DNA of 55,769 bases from a virus (Duplodnaviria; Caudoviricetes), in the IMG/VR virus record IMGVR_UViG_3300013137_000025, positions 1 through 55,769 of that record; one strand, written 5' to 3'. Made by a program: the position numbers and the translations under genes. Below are positions 8,704-18,089 of the stretch, piece after piece. Position 1 is the first letter of the stretch. Every line of letters starts with the position of its first letter. Under the pieces are notes generated by a model that saw only the letters and a program-made list of their open reading frames with translations, ran no database searches and had not been told where the DNA came from.

Positions 8704-9079
8704 CGCTTCGAGTGATGGATGTCCCAGTGATGAAACAGGGGTTCTCTTGGATTTTCAGGATTCGTCTATCATGTTTGATGGAGAGCTTCTGGATGCTCTG
8801 GAGGCTGCTCCTGCTTGGGTCGCTGCGACGGTGGTTGGGGGAATCTCTGATCATTACGCAAGGATGCATATAGCTCGTGCCCAGGTTGATAGGATTCAGT
8901 CGATATTATGGAGGTTTGCTCACAAGTATCCGCATGAAATCCAGATACTGCTGGACTGGATGCGAAGAGGGTATGAGTATTCTGGAGATCCTTTTAGTGA
9001 TCTGAAGTTTCTTACTTCGTTTGCCCGATGGGTAGAAACAGAGGACATTATATTCAGGATTTTCAGCAAGGAGGACTGA
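8675..9079 (+). CDS. Hypothetical protein
   Basis: Operonic ORF; exact start uncertain. Confidence 0.65.
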   Translation: MMHSMNVEADASSDGCPSDETGVLLDFQDSSIMFDGELLDALEAAPAWVAATVVGGISDHYARMHIARAQVDRIQSILWRFAHKYPHEIQILLDWMRRGYEYSGDPFSDLKFLTSFARWVETEDIIFRIFSKED

Positions 9080-9083
9080 TTCC

Positions 9084-9581
9084 ATGAACACCCAAGACGA
9101 CGGGGGAATCCCTCACATAGATGTCCCGATTATCAATCGATACGAAGGGATGGTGATAGCCTACCTCAAGTCGGAGAATGGGGGTTGCTGCTATGTGGGG
9201 CTGCATCCTGAGATCCTCCAGGTATTGGACCGGGTGGGGAGCTATAGGGTGGCAGAGATATTCTGTTTGAAGGTGTTGGACGGCCTGTGTAAACACGGGG
9301 TTAAGTATATGGACGAGGTGAAATTCGAGTGGCCGGATGACATGGTGAACAATGTCGGGAAGGTGGGGGATCTTTCGGATTGGTTTCTTCCCAAGGCCCC
9401 TCGCACCTTCAACTACGAGCAGGAGGTTAAGAAGGCTATCTCCGAACTGTCTTATCTCGACACGATCATGGCTCAGTGGATGGTGTCCGGAATTGACTTG
9501 GAGGTGGACAGCAAGGTTAAGCATGGGATTGATGTCCTTCTGGCTCTCGATGTATTCTTTTCCAGAATCTCCCACCACTAA
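9084..9581 (+). CDS. Hypothetical protein
   Basis: AGGAGG RBS; 165 aa. Confidence 0.7.
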   Translation: MNTQDDGGIPHIDVPIINRYEGMVIAYLKSENGGCCYVGLHPEILQVLDRVGSYRVAEIFCLKVLDGLCKHGVKYMDEVKFEWPDDMVNNVGKVGDLSDWFLPKAPRTFNYEQEVKKAISELSYLDTIMAQWMVSGIDLEVDSKVKHGIDVLLALDVFFSRISHH

Positions 9582-9596
9582 CAAGAATTGAACGTC

Positions 9597-10253
9597 ATGG
9601 GCTGCGATATTCATGTCAATTACGAAGTCAAGATGGGGTCAGGTGGTTGGGAGAGAATCAATTGGGAGGATGAATTCATTCGGAAGATGAGGATTGACGA
9701 GGACGGAACCCAGTGGCCCGAGTGGGATTTTAATAAGATGGGGGAGAGCGTGTATTATATTTCGAGGAACTACTTCCTATTTTCCATCCTCGCAGATGTC
9801 CGTAATTACTGTGACATGGTGCCCATTTCTTCCCCACGCGGGCTTCCCAAAGACGTTTCCCAGGACACTCTTACCAAAAGCAAGGAGTTTGGGTGTGATG
9901 GCCATAGCCACTCCTGGTTGTCGCTTGAGGAGCTTCTTGCCTACGACTGGGATCGGACCGTGTTGCTTGACGGGGTCGTAAACGAAGAAGAATACCGGCA
10001 GTGGAAAGAGAAGGGGGCCCCCGAGTCCTACTGCGCCGGGGTGAGCGGAGGGAGGGTGTGCTTCGTCACCCAAGAAGAGATGGAGGATCTGGTGACAGGG
10101 GTAGTGGTCCCAGATCCCTATCTCTCCTACTACACATCCGTCGAGTGGGAGCACTCCTATCGCCAGTGTGTTGGCGAGAAGTTCTTTATCACCCTGAATC
10201 ACTTGTCCAATATACCGGGTTCCGTTCGGTTGGTCTTCTGGTTTGATTGCTGA
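9597..10253 (+). CDS. Conserved phage hypothetical protein (MGCDIH family)
   Basis: MGCDIH start, RNY.LF.ILADVRN, PRGLP.D, HSHSWL, RLVFWFD end. Confidence 0.8.
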   Translation: MGCDIHVNYEVKMGSGGWERINWEDEFIRKMRIDEDGTQWPEWDFNKMGESVYYISRNYFLFSILADVRNYCDMVPISSPRGLPKDVSQDTLTKSKEFGCDGHSHSWLSLEELLAYDWDRTVLLDGVVNEEEYRQWKEKGAPESYCAGVSGGRVCFVTQEEMEDLVTGVVVPDPYLSYYTSVEWEHSYRQCVGEKFFITLNHLSNIPGSVRLVFWFDC

Positions 10254-10327
10254 TAGGGCCTCCAGCGTATTATGTATATCTATAGCGGACACCGAGCGAG
10301 AAACCGCATGTATCCATACCTTTTGGC

Positions 10328-10954
10328 ATGGAGAATAGGGCGATGACAGCAAGTGAATGGGCAGCGAAGTTACATGGCCGGGAGTTCAAATTGTTCGGAG
10401 GATTCCTATCAGAAGATGAGTGTGCCCAAGCCGCTAAAGATGACGTGGTCATTATCTATGGTTATTCGGATGATCTGTTGGAACTGGAAGGAGCCGTGGA
10501 CGAGGAGTATGCCGCCTGGGGCGGGCTGAACGGCAGGGTGATTAGAGGGGTTCGCATCGACGCTATCTGGAGCCCCAAGTCCGTTGATGCCTCGTGGCTC
10601 ATCATCGCCCCTGGATTCTCCTTCGATATCATCGAAGGGAATGGAAGCCTGTTTTGCCGTGGATCCGTGGTTCCTGGAAAATTGTTTCGGTATCCCGATA
10701 ATCAAGAACCAGAATCCAGGGAGTGGAGAATTGTCTTCAATGGAGATGATGATTGTCCGTGTTACATGTTTATGTTTGTAGAAACCAGTAAAATGCCTGG
10801 CGATACCATGGAACGAAACGGAATGTTGATGACACCCCACGCATCAGATGTCACCACCCTTCGTCAGAGATTTGGCGACATGGAGAAGGCATTCAACAAA
10901 CCGGTCTTGGACGAGCGCGTAGTAAACCCCGTTTCCGCAGGAAACTACCCATGA
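10328..10954 (+). CDS. Conserved phage hypothetical protein
   Basis: VIIYGYSDDLLELEGAVDEE and FCRG motifs. Confidence 0.7.
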   Translation: MENRAMTASEWAAKLHGREFKLFGGFLSEDECAQAAKDDVVIIYGYSDDLLELEGAVDEEYAAWGGLNGRVIRGVRIDAIWSPKSVDASWLIIAPGFSFDIIEGNGSLFCRGSVVPGKLFRYPDNQEPESREWRIVFNGDDDCPCYMFMFVETSKMPGDTMERNGMLMTPHASDVTTLRQRFGDMEKAFNKPVLDERVVNPVSAGNYP

Positions 10955-11295
10955 AGGTCATCATAGCCGGAGGAAGAGACTTCGAGGGCGGCAAGAAACA
11001 CCGCAAGTGGCTCAAGGAACAACTGCAAGATTTGCAGGCCACCTACGTGCTGTCCGGGTGCGCCCGTGGTGCCGACGCCTTCGGGGAGGAGGTCGCACAG
11101 GAACTGAACATCCCTGTCGAGATCCACCCGGCCGCGTGGGCAGTACACGGACGGTCAGCAGGCCTCTTTCGCAACGAAGCCATGGCCCAACTTGCGGATG
11201 CCTGTATTCTGTTTCCCGGTGGTCGAGGAACCCAGGACATGGAATCCAGAGCCATCAAACACGAACTCGTCATCAGGAAGTGGGAGGAAAAGTGA
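10951..11295 (+). CDS. SLOG superfamily (DUF2493/YspA-like) protein
   Basis: MKVIIAGGRDF, SGCARGAD, AG..RN..M, GGRGT motifs. Confidence 0.85.
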   Translation: MKVIIAGGRDFEGGKKHRKWLKEQLQDLQATYVLSGCARGADAFGEEVAQELNIPVEIHPAAWAVHGRSAGLFRNEAMAQLADACILFPGGRGTQDMESRAIKHELVIRKWEEK

Positions 11296-11519
11296 TCAAG
11301 ATTCTCATCCCAGAAGGAGACCTGTGCCGCTCCAAGGAAACAGGAGAAGCCTGCACCTGTCTGCGCCACAAGAAGCACCCTCCCCACAAGGGAGGAGGCC
11401 CCACCCTCGTGGAATCCTATGCCTGTGACCTATTCCGAATTAGAGTTCCCTGTAAGGTGGACGTCGATGGGTTCCTGTGTATCTCCAAGAACCCGTATTG
11501 CTTTCGTTTCCAGCCATGA
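11292..11519 (+). CDS. Small Cys-rich hypothetical protein
   Basis: GTGA overlap start (MIKILIPEGDLC). Confidence 0.55.
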   Translation: MIKILIPEGDLCRSKETGEACTCLRHKKHPPHKGGGPTLVESYACDLFRIRVPCKVDVDGFLCISKNPYCFRFQP

Positions 11520-11815
11520 CCCAACCTGGCAATAAAAATGTCCACGTCGTAGAGTCTTGCTGCGCGTCCTGCAACGCCACAGGGATCATCCAAGATCACC
11601 GGGGAGACTGGGTGCTATGTCCCGCCTGCCAGGGCAGTGGGTCCGTCCTCGTGTTCGTAGAACCCTTCACAGGCCGTCGAGAGGTTACTGGCGTCGAGAA
11701 AGTGAAAGTCCTATACGGACAATTCCAAGCGGAGACAGGGGAATGGCTGGGGAAGGAAGTGGACTACCAGGAGTTCCTGTCGGGGAAGGCGATCAGATGC
11801 TCCCAGACCAGGTAA
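11516..11815 (+). CDS. DnaJ-type zinc-finger-like small protein
   Basis: CASCNATG and CPACQGSG (CxxCxGxG-like) motifs; ATGA overlap. Confidence 0.6.
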   Translation: MTQPGNKNVHVVESCCASCNATGIIQDHRGDWVLCPACQGSGSVLVFVEPFTGRREVTGVEKVKVLYGQFQAETGEWLGKEVDYQEFLSGKAIRCSQTR

Positions 11816-12018
11816 CCTGTTCCACATGCCAACACTACCAGCCAAAAAAACGCGGGGACCTGTGCAAGAAGAAGAAGGGGTCCCTGTTGCAGAATATCGG
11901 ATTCGGAATGTTTGCCGAAATCACCTACAGCGGTCTGGGGTTGTCGGAGGTTGACGAGGATGACCAAGGACAGGTGGTCGTCCTGAAAAACTGCCCCCTC
12001 TACCAACGAAAGGCCTGA
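11797..12018 (+). CDS. Small Cys-rich hypothetical protein
   Basis: CSTCQHY...C...CPLY. Confidence 0.55.
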   Translation: MLPDQVTCSTCQHYQPKKRGDLCKKKKGSLLQNIGFGMFAEITYSGLGLSEVDEDDQGQVVVLKNCPLYQRKA

Positions 12019-12020
12019 AC

Positions 12021-12290
12021 ATGAAGATCGAAGTCGTTCCCGAGAAAATCACCGTGAAACTGGGCGATACGTCTGTTAAGCTCACCCGCGATGAATGCTG
12101 GGACCTATACCATGCCCTCGAAAAGGAACTTGGAATCCAGATACTCCCCACTTATCCGAACAACCCGTGGTGGATAGAGATTCAAAACCCACCCCTCAAC
12201 CCATACATTATCTGGTCCTCTGATAACACGGGCTCTGTTGATCTTGATTCGCATATCAAGGTCAACTCCATCAAGTCCGATGCCCCATGA
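12021..12290 (+). CDS. Hypothetical protein
   Basis: Operonic 89-aa ORF. Confidence 0.65.
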   Translation: MKIEVVPEKITVKLGDTSVKLTRDECWDLYHALEKELGIQILPTYPNNPWWIEIQNPPLNPYIIWSSDNTGSVDLDSHIKVNSIKSDAP

Positions 12291-12886
12291 AGGAAGTAGA
12301 GGTGCTGACTCCATCAGCTATCCTTATGTGGGTTACTCCAGACCCAGAGTGGACCATTGAGCGGGCCGCCAGGGTGTGCTACGATTCCCTTGACAAGATC
12401 GGGGAACGTCCTCAAGTAAATGAAAAGATGCTGCGTAGACTCAGAGCCTCAGGGCACTTGTCTTGCTTCGAACAAGCATCAGCATCTTTCGAGATCATTT
12501 GCTCAAGGGCGTGCCACGTCCAGATCATCAGACATCGGACCATGTCTTACTTGGCCCAATCTCAGCGTTACGTGAAACTGGGAGGGTTCCTGCCCGTGTG
12601 CGTGGTAGACCCCATCACAGATGACGAGAGATCTTTCTATGAGCACTGCTACTATGAGTATCAACGTCGGATCGAGGTCGGGCAGAAGCCCGAGAGGGCC
12701 AGGGAGGTCCTGCCCAACTCCACGGCAACCAGAATGATCATGACGGGAAACTTCACTAACTGGAGGAGATTCTTGTCAGCCAGACTGGACCCCCATGCCC
12801 AAAGCGAAGTCCGGCTTGTTGCTGGACAAATAGCGTCTTCCTTGAAAAAGATCGCCCCCATAGTCTTCGAGGACGTGAATCCATGA
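12287..12886 (+). CDS. thyX: FAD-dependent thymidylate synthase
   Basis: ARVCY, GH.S.FE, RHRTMSYLAQSQRYV (RHRx7S motif), AREVLP, HAQ.E. Confidence 0.95.
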   Translation: MKEVEVLTPSAILMWVTPDPEWTIERAARVCYDSLDKIGERPQVNEKMLRRLRASGHLSCFEQASASFEIICSRACHVQIIRHRTMSYLAQSQRYVKLGGFLPVCVVDPITDDERSFYEHCYYEYQRRIEVGQKPERAREVLPNSTATRMIMTGNFTNWRRFLSARLDPHAQSEVRLVAGQIASSLKKIAPIVFEDVNP

Positions 12887-13077
12887 GCCACTGCGACGAG
12901 TGCCGTTACCTACAGTACATTCGCCAGTTGTCCGGTAACTACTACATCTGCGCCGTGCCCCTGCCTGAGTGGGTCGTGAGCCACTGGGATGCCCATCCTA
13001 ACGATCTCGACATCGTCATAGATCCCGATAACGGGGAAAACTGCGAGGCCTTCGAACCACTCAATTGGGACAACTGA
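12883..13077 (+). CDS. Small Cys-rich hypothetical protein
   Basis: CDECRY...C...C; ATGA overlap. Confidence 0.6.
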   Translation: MSHCDECRYLQYIRQLSGNYYICAVPLPEWVVSHWDAHPNDLDIVIDPDNGENCEAFEPLNWDN

Positions 13078-13083
13078 ACCAAA

Positions 13084-13132
13084 AGAAATGGGCGCCAATC
13101 CAATTCTCCGGACGAGCGCCCAATCTGTTTCT
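13084..13132. terminator. Possible bidirectional terminator between convergent blocks
   Basis: TGGGCGC/GCGCCCA stem flanked by AGAAA and TTTCT; large loop. Confidence 0.3.
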
Positions 13133-13142
13133 GCCCACCCGT

Positions 13143-13415
13143 TCACCTCTCCATCATCTCGTCCACCAATTCCCCCACCCGGCGCTTGTTCCTTTGAGCA
13201 ATAGCTTCATCGGTTTCAAGGACAGCCAATCTTTGGTCTATCTGGATGACTTGTTTCTGTAAGGCGAGAAAATTCCTTCCAGTGACCACCTGTTGACTGG
13301 TGATGAAGACAAGACACACTATGATTCCGATAATCGCAACCAGAGTTACTCCTATTAGCGTGCTGACGGTGACCATCTCTCTCGAACTCAGATGTCCCTC
13401 ACTCACCTCTGCCAC
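13143..13415 (-). CDS. Single-pass membrane protein with coiled coil
   Basis: LIGVTLVAIIGIIVCLVFI TM followed by IDQRLAVLE. Confidence 0.65.
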   Translation of the reverse strand: MAEVSEGHLSSREMVTVSTLIGVTLVAIIGIIVCLVFITSQQVVTGRNFLALQKQVIQIDQRLAVLETDEAIAQRNKRRVGELVDEMMER

Positions 13416-13764
13416 CTTCTCGTTTTACTTTCATGGCTTCATGCATCTTTGCCATCCTATCTCTCAGAACCTTTTTCTCTCCTTCTGTTAGCACCTTCTT
13501 GTTTTTGTCGCTTTTTAACGACATCAGTAATTTGCCACCACGGTAAGGAAACAGTGGACACTTATTAGACAAACAGGTCTTTTTTGGGTTTTCGTCCCAC
13601 CCCAAACACTCGACACAGAACAGCTTGATCGCCAAAGATCTACAATAATTATCGATTGTAACCGTTCCACCATCAGCGGATCTGATAACGTGTTTCATCA
13701 CCTCCTTTTCATCAACCTCCTCCTCCACTTTTTCCTCCACCTCAGGATCAGGATCGTTTTCCAT
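13399..13764 (-). CDS. Hypothetical Cys-motif protein
   Basis: AIKLFCVECLG...C...CPLFPYR. Confidence 0.7.
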   Translation of the reverse strand: MENDPDPEVEEKVEEEVDEKEVMKHVIRSADGGTVTIDNYCRSLAIKLFCVECLGWDENPKKTCLSNKCPLFPYRGGKLLMSLKSDKNKKVLTEGEKKVLRDRMAKMHEAMKVKREGGRGE

Positions 13765-13827
13765 GGTGGTCTCCCATAGAGATTGGGGCCTCAGGATGAT
13801 TGCCCGAGGCCCCCATGGCTCTTTCGC

Positions 13828-14184
13828 TCACCCCTGGCTTGCCGCTGCAAGACGCTGCTCCTTGGCGGCCCTGCGACCCTCGCTGATCCGCTTCCCACGA
13901 GCCTTGTCCTTCTCAGCCGAGACCCTCCACTCCTCCTCGGTAACCACCTTGAAGGAGATCAACGAATCCCGGCCCTTCACCTTGCGAGTCTTGACATAGA
14001 GCCCGCAATCCTTGCCGGCCTCGACCAGGGCAAGCTTGAACAACTTGGGATCCTCATCGTTCCCAAGGCTCAGAACACCATGGTTGTCGACCCCGACCGC
14101 AGCATCAAGGAATCGACGGGCCTCAGCGACAATGGGCTCGGGGGGACGGATGGGACCACGGGTGGTAGTGATCAAGGTGGCCAT
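13828..14184 (-). CDS. Hypothetical protein
   Basis: Start MATLITT with AGGAG RBS downstream of promoter. Confidence 0.7.
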   Translation of the reverse strand: MATLITTTRGPIRPPEPIVAEARRFLDAAVGVDNHGVLSLGNDEDPKLFKLALVEAGKDCGLYVKTRKVKGRDSLISFKVVTEEEWRVSAEKDKARGKRISEGRRAAKEQRLAAASQG

Positions 14185-14238
14185 TTTCTCTCTCCTCTTG
14201 GAAGTTTTCCGTGGCAGTCGTTCACTGCTCACTGTCCA

Positions 14239-14268
14239 ATAATATAACGCTTCCAAGCGGGATGTCAA
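14239..14268 (-). promoter_or_regulatory. Sigma70-type promoter
   Basis: TTGACA (14268-14263) with TATATT at 16 nt or TATTAT at 18 nt. Confidence 0.6.
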
Positions 14269-14276
14269 TAGCTGTT

Positions 14277-14498
14277 TCAATCCGTCTCACCCCATGGACC
14301 CAAAAAAAGAACGCCTCCCTGGGCACTCAGGACATAATCGGGATCGTCTTCCACGCTGATCACCAGATCGTCCCCATCATCAATTTCCCCAAGGGCGTTC
14401 TGCCTGGCCTCCTCTATACTGGACGCAGAGGATATCACCAAGAGACTCCGCTCACTTGAATCAATGCCATACCACACGCATACCACCGACCCGGCCAT
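14277..14498 (-). CDS. Hypothetical protein
   Basis: TAATG-coupled to recA. Confidence 0.65.
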   Translation of the reverse strand: MAGSVVCVWYGIDSSERSLLVISSASSIEEARQNALGEIDDGDDLVISVEDDPDYVLSAQGGVLFLGPWGETD

Positions 14499-15556
14499 TA
14501 TTCTTCACCCTCGATCCCTTCTATAACCTCGTTGTCTATGTGAATCTTATCTATCTTACCGACACACAATAGAATATCGTTCTTGAGTTCCTCCAAAATA
14601 TTCGGGTTTTCTGTCAGGTGCCTCTTGGCATCAGCCACTCCGTGGGCGTTCCAGGTGTCAGATTTGATCCACCCACCCTTCTTAGAAAGCAATCCACACT
14701 TAACGCCAAGGTCGATTATGTCACCCAGCTTATCGAACCCCACAGCATCATTGTCCGCAAACAATAGATCGACTTCGGCTTGACGGAAGGGGGCAGCCAG
14801 TTTGTTCTTGACAATCTTAATCCTGGTTTTCCTACCGACTACCGACTCCCCGTCCTTAATCTGCCCTATAGACCTGACATCCAATCTCATGGACGCCCAA
14901 AACGGTAAGGCCCGCCCCCCTGGAGTGGTCTCGGGATTCCCTCCATAAGGTCCTATATTTACCTTCGTCCTAAGTTGGTTGATAAACAGGACCGTGGTTC
15001 CGTGCTTGTTGGCCGGGCCAGCGATCTTGCGCATCGCCTGGGACATGAGGCGGGCCTGCAAGCCCATGTGGGAATCCCCCATCTCCCCCTCAACCTCAGC
15101 CCGTGGCACCAGCCCAGCCACGCTGTCGACCACGATAAGCCCCATCCCTCCACCCTTGCAAAGCTCTTCGACGATTTCTAAGGCCTGCTCTCCTCCATCG
15201 GGCTGGCTGATTAGGAGCCGGCCAATGTCCACGCCAATCTTGGGCGCCAACTCCACGTTGAGAGCGTGTTCGGCGTCGATAAAAGCGACCTCCAAGCCCT
15301 GGCGCTGGGCCTCGGCAACGACATAGAGGGCAAGGAGTGTTTTCCCAGAAGATTCCGGACCAGAAATCTCCACAATCCTCCCACGGGGGAAACCCGATAT
15401 TCCAGTTGCCAAATCGATTGACATAATTCCACATGGTATCACCTCCACCTTGACCTTGGGCGCATCGGACAGGCGCATGATAGCCCCTGCCCCAAACTGT
15501 TTCTCGATCTTAGCCAGAGAAGCTTTGACCTTCTCAGCATCACTCATCTCAACCAT
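14498..15556 (-). CDS. recA: Recombinase A
   Basis: IEKQFGAG, GPESSGKT Walker A, FIDAEHAL, VDSVA, QARLMSQAMRK, ETTPGGRAL, KNKLAAPF. Confidence 0.97.
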   Translation of the reverse strand: MVEMSDAEKVKASLAKIEKQFGAGAIMRLSDAPKVKVEVIPCGIMSIDLATGISGFPRGRIVEISGPESSGKTLLALYVVAEAQRQGLEVAFIDAEHALNVELAPKIGVDIGRLLISQPDGGEQALEIVEELCKGGGMGLIVVDSVAGLVPRAEVEGEMGDSHMGLQARLMSQAMRKIAGPANKHGTTVLFINQLRTKVNIGPYGGNPETTPGGRALPFWASMRLDVRSIGQIKDGESVVGRKTRIKIVKNKLAAPFRQAEVDLLFADNDAVGFDKLGDIIDLGVKCGLLSKKGGWIKSDTWNAHGVADAKRHLTENPNILEELKNDILLCVGKIDKIHIDNEVIEGIEGEE

Positions 15557-16202
15557 CAGATTCCTCTCTTCCATAGGGCGGCAATTCAAAAATGGTTATC
15601 GTGCCGCCACAAAAAGGATTGATCTCACAGGCCGCAATGATTGCCATGTCCATAGTTGTTCTGGTGTCGATCCTGGGAACCCCGATAGCAGGACTCAAGG
15701 ATCTATTATGCGCCATGATAGCCGAAAGAGCCCCCAGGGCACATTCTCTCCCGGAGCCAATGGCAGCCCCTTTCTCTCCCCTGCGCTCCATCACGAAATA
15801 GGCCCCGTCCACCTCGAACAACCTGGACCTGGTAGCAATAAGAATGGTTCCCCCTTGGTTTTCCGTTTCGTCATCCTGCCTCTCCATCCGGCCATTCTCT
15901 TTAAGAAGCGATTTGAAAGGCTGGATGATATCCTGTATAATGATCTTGACCACCTCGTCGTCATCAATGGTCGGTTCCCCATCCCCGGTTAACGCTTCCA
16001 TATCAGGATAGTCAATACCATACCTGAGTATCTGGCCGGAGGCAGCATTCCCTGAATACCCGACAAGCATACCGGTGCCCGTGTCCCACACCTTATACTG
16101 CCCCGGCATGGCGTCGTCCTTCACACCATTGTCTGAAATGAGACCATCGGCACCCAGAAACATGGTTCCGTCTTTCCCGACCAACCCCACCACACAGGTC
16201 AT
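15549..16202 (-). CDS. HslV/proteasome beta-like Ntn-hydrolase protease subunit
   Basis: N-terminal MTCVVG (catalytic Thr), GAD, K, GYSG, AIGSG..ALGAL. Confidence 0.8.
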   Translation of the reverse strand: MTCVVGLVGKDGTMFLGADGLISDNGVKDDAMPGQYKVWDTGTGMLVGYSGNAASGQILRYGIDYPDMEALTGDGEPTIDDDEVVKIIIQDIIQPFKSLLKENGRMERQDDETENQGGTILIATRSRLFEVDGAYFVMERRGEKGAAIGSGRECALGALSAIMAHNRSLSPAIGVPRIDTRTTMDMAIIAACEINPFCGGTITIFELPPYGREESDG

Positions 16203-16513
16203 ACCGAATCCTTTCGCCCAAAGACAGTCTTAGCCATCCGTGTCCACATGCTTTCGTAGGAGTCTCCACCCATGGCGGCTCCGGCTTGCCATGCAAGAAT
16301 CGCTCCCACAGATACAGGAATCCAAGTTTTCCTGTCTAAAAACGTGACACCGATTAGCACGAGGGGCGGGTAGAACGACGCCCACTTGACAAGGTGATAC
16401 GTCCACCATCCAACATTCGATTTTCTCTGGATGAGAGAATCTCTCCAGCCATCCAGAAACGACATGAGGATTAATCCAGTTCCAAGGACCGCCGTCCACA
16501 TGGGGCTATTCAT
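16199..16513 (-). CDS. Membrane protein
   Basis: Three hydrophobic segments. Confidence 0.65.
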   Translation of the reverse strand: MNSPMWTAVLGTGLILMSFLDGWRDSLIQRKSNVGWWTYHLVKWASFYPPLVLIGVTFLDRKTWIPVSVGAILAWQAGAAMGGDSYESMWTRMAKTVFGRKDSV

Positions 16514-17420
16514 CGACGATAACTCCCTGTGCGAGGGTGGTCTTATACCACTGCGGGAACCCTCTTACGCAACCCCGCTCAATCTGGGGCCACGCCCAGC
16601 GGAACAGGGCCTCTTTGATGGCCTCCTTCTCCTCCTCCTTAACATCTCTCTGGATTTCCTTGATCAAAGGACCAATGTCCTCCGGAGCACCTTCCAATTG
16701 CCCAGAATCTCTCTTATGTTCGATTGCCTTTCTCCATCGATTTTCATTCGCGTAGGTTTCAATCAGGATGCTCACCACGTCGTTCCTGTTAGGGTTATCT
16801 CTTTTCCATGTTTCGGCATGGGTTTCCTTAAACTCCTCCCTGACGAGCTTACCCATCAGGACCTTTCCTGTCTTCTCGTCAAATCTGTGGTAGTTTTTTA
16901 TCACCACCCCCTCTACCTTGATGTTCCCAAACCTGGAAGTCCTCTCGATAAACTCCTGCAATATATCGGGTTCCTCAAGAAACCCATTGAAGAAGACGGG
17001 GGCGAAATCCAACCCAAGCCTAACAGCCTCCTCCGTTACCTGGCCGGGAGCAAGCCAGTCCTGGGTTCCATATCCCACCTCGATGTCAAAAAGGGCTATG
17101 TGACCACTGGGCACTCGGTCGTAGGTCAATACGTTATGTCTCGGAGTCCGCAGGTATTCTCCTCGATACACCCACCCAGGCCTCATGGACCCGGCTATGC
17201 CCTTGATCGACTCAACCGCCTTGGTGAACATCTTTTCCGGTGCGTCTACATAGATCTCTGCACCCTTGGAGCGAATGGACAAAGCTCCCTCTTTATCTAC
17301 ACTGAACGAGATCTGAGATCCGTCAACCTTCTCGCTTATAACTACCGGATCGTTGAACAATTCTGCTATGGCTCGATGCCCGAGGTTGTGTATTTTGGGG
17401 TAAGATGCTATTTGCTCCAT
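16506..17420 (-). CDS. RNA ligase (Rnl2-like nucleotidyltransferase)
   Basis: YPKI, EKVDGS motif I, GEY, LFDI, EGVVIK, K motif V. Confidence 0.85.
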   Translation of the reverse strand: MEQIASYPKIHNLGHRAIAELFNDPVVISEKVDGSQISFSVDKEGALSIRSKGAEIYVDAPEKMFTKAVESIKGIAGSMRPGWVYRGEYLRTPRHNVLTYDRVPSGHIALFDIEVGYGTQDWLAPGQVTEEAVRLGLDFAPVFFNGFLEEPDILQEFIERTSRFGNIKVEGVVIKNYHRFDEKTGKVLMGKLVREEFKETHAETWKRDNPNRNDVVSILIETYANENRWRKAIEHKRDSGQLEGAPEDIGPLIKEIQRDVKEEEKEAIKEALFRWAWPQIERGCVRGFPQWYKTTLAQGVIVDE

Positions 17421-17546
17421 GTCTCCCTCTCTCCTGTTGTCCTCATTCGCCCATCACTCTTAACGATAATTCCTTGTTGTCGTTAAGAGCAACAACGCCT
17501 TAGTATTAGAGGTGTTGTAGTCCCCACAATCAAAGGAATTGGAAAC

Positions 17547-18086
17547 ATGGCGGAAGAGGAAGCAGAGACACAGACAGAAGCAATGCAAGAAGTAGAAACA
17601 AAAATGGCAGCCATTGAAAGATCGTCCGAATTCATGCAGGGGTATGTGTTTGGTCTGACGGACAATCTCACCAGACCAGCAGATTATCATGCCCACATGA
17701 TCACCATAAGAAATACCATGACCAAAATCGTCATGGACAATGAGTCCTTAAGAAACGAGCTTGCCTCCTGCAAGAAGCTGATTGACGAACTGGCCATGAG
17801 CGAAAGTGGCCTATGGTTAATGATTAACAAGCGGGAGAAAGAAGACATGGCTCCCATCGCAATAAAAATCACCTCAGACACCTTGATCCCTGCCGCCAAG
17901 GTGTTTGCGGCCATGACCACTTATTGGGAGGGTGTTATTGCGGATATCGTAGAAATATGCGGCGATATAGTCTTGACTTCAAAAGACGGAGACGTAACTC
18001 CTGTGCCCACCTCCTTGATAGGAGCTAAGATACTAACATCCCTGTCTCGGCGCATTGCTGATATGGAGGCCCAGAAAGAGGCTTGA
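17547..18086 (+). CDS. Hypothetical protein
   Basis: Isolated plus-strand 179-aa ORF with coiled coil. Confidence 0.65.
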   Translation: MAEEEAETQTEAMQEVETKMAAIERSSEFMQGYVFGLTDNLTRPADYHAHMITIRNTMTKIVMDNESLRNELASCKKLIDELAMSESGLWLMINKREKEDMAPIAIKITSDTLIPAAKVFAAMTTYWEGVIADIVEICGDIVLTSKDGDVTPVPTSLIGAKILTSLSRRIADMEAQKEA

Positions 18087-18089
18087 TGG

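Noticed and set aside
16431-17486. 351-aa plus-strand ORF
   Set aside because: Antisense shadow of the RNA ligase gene
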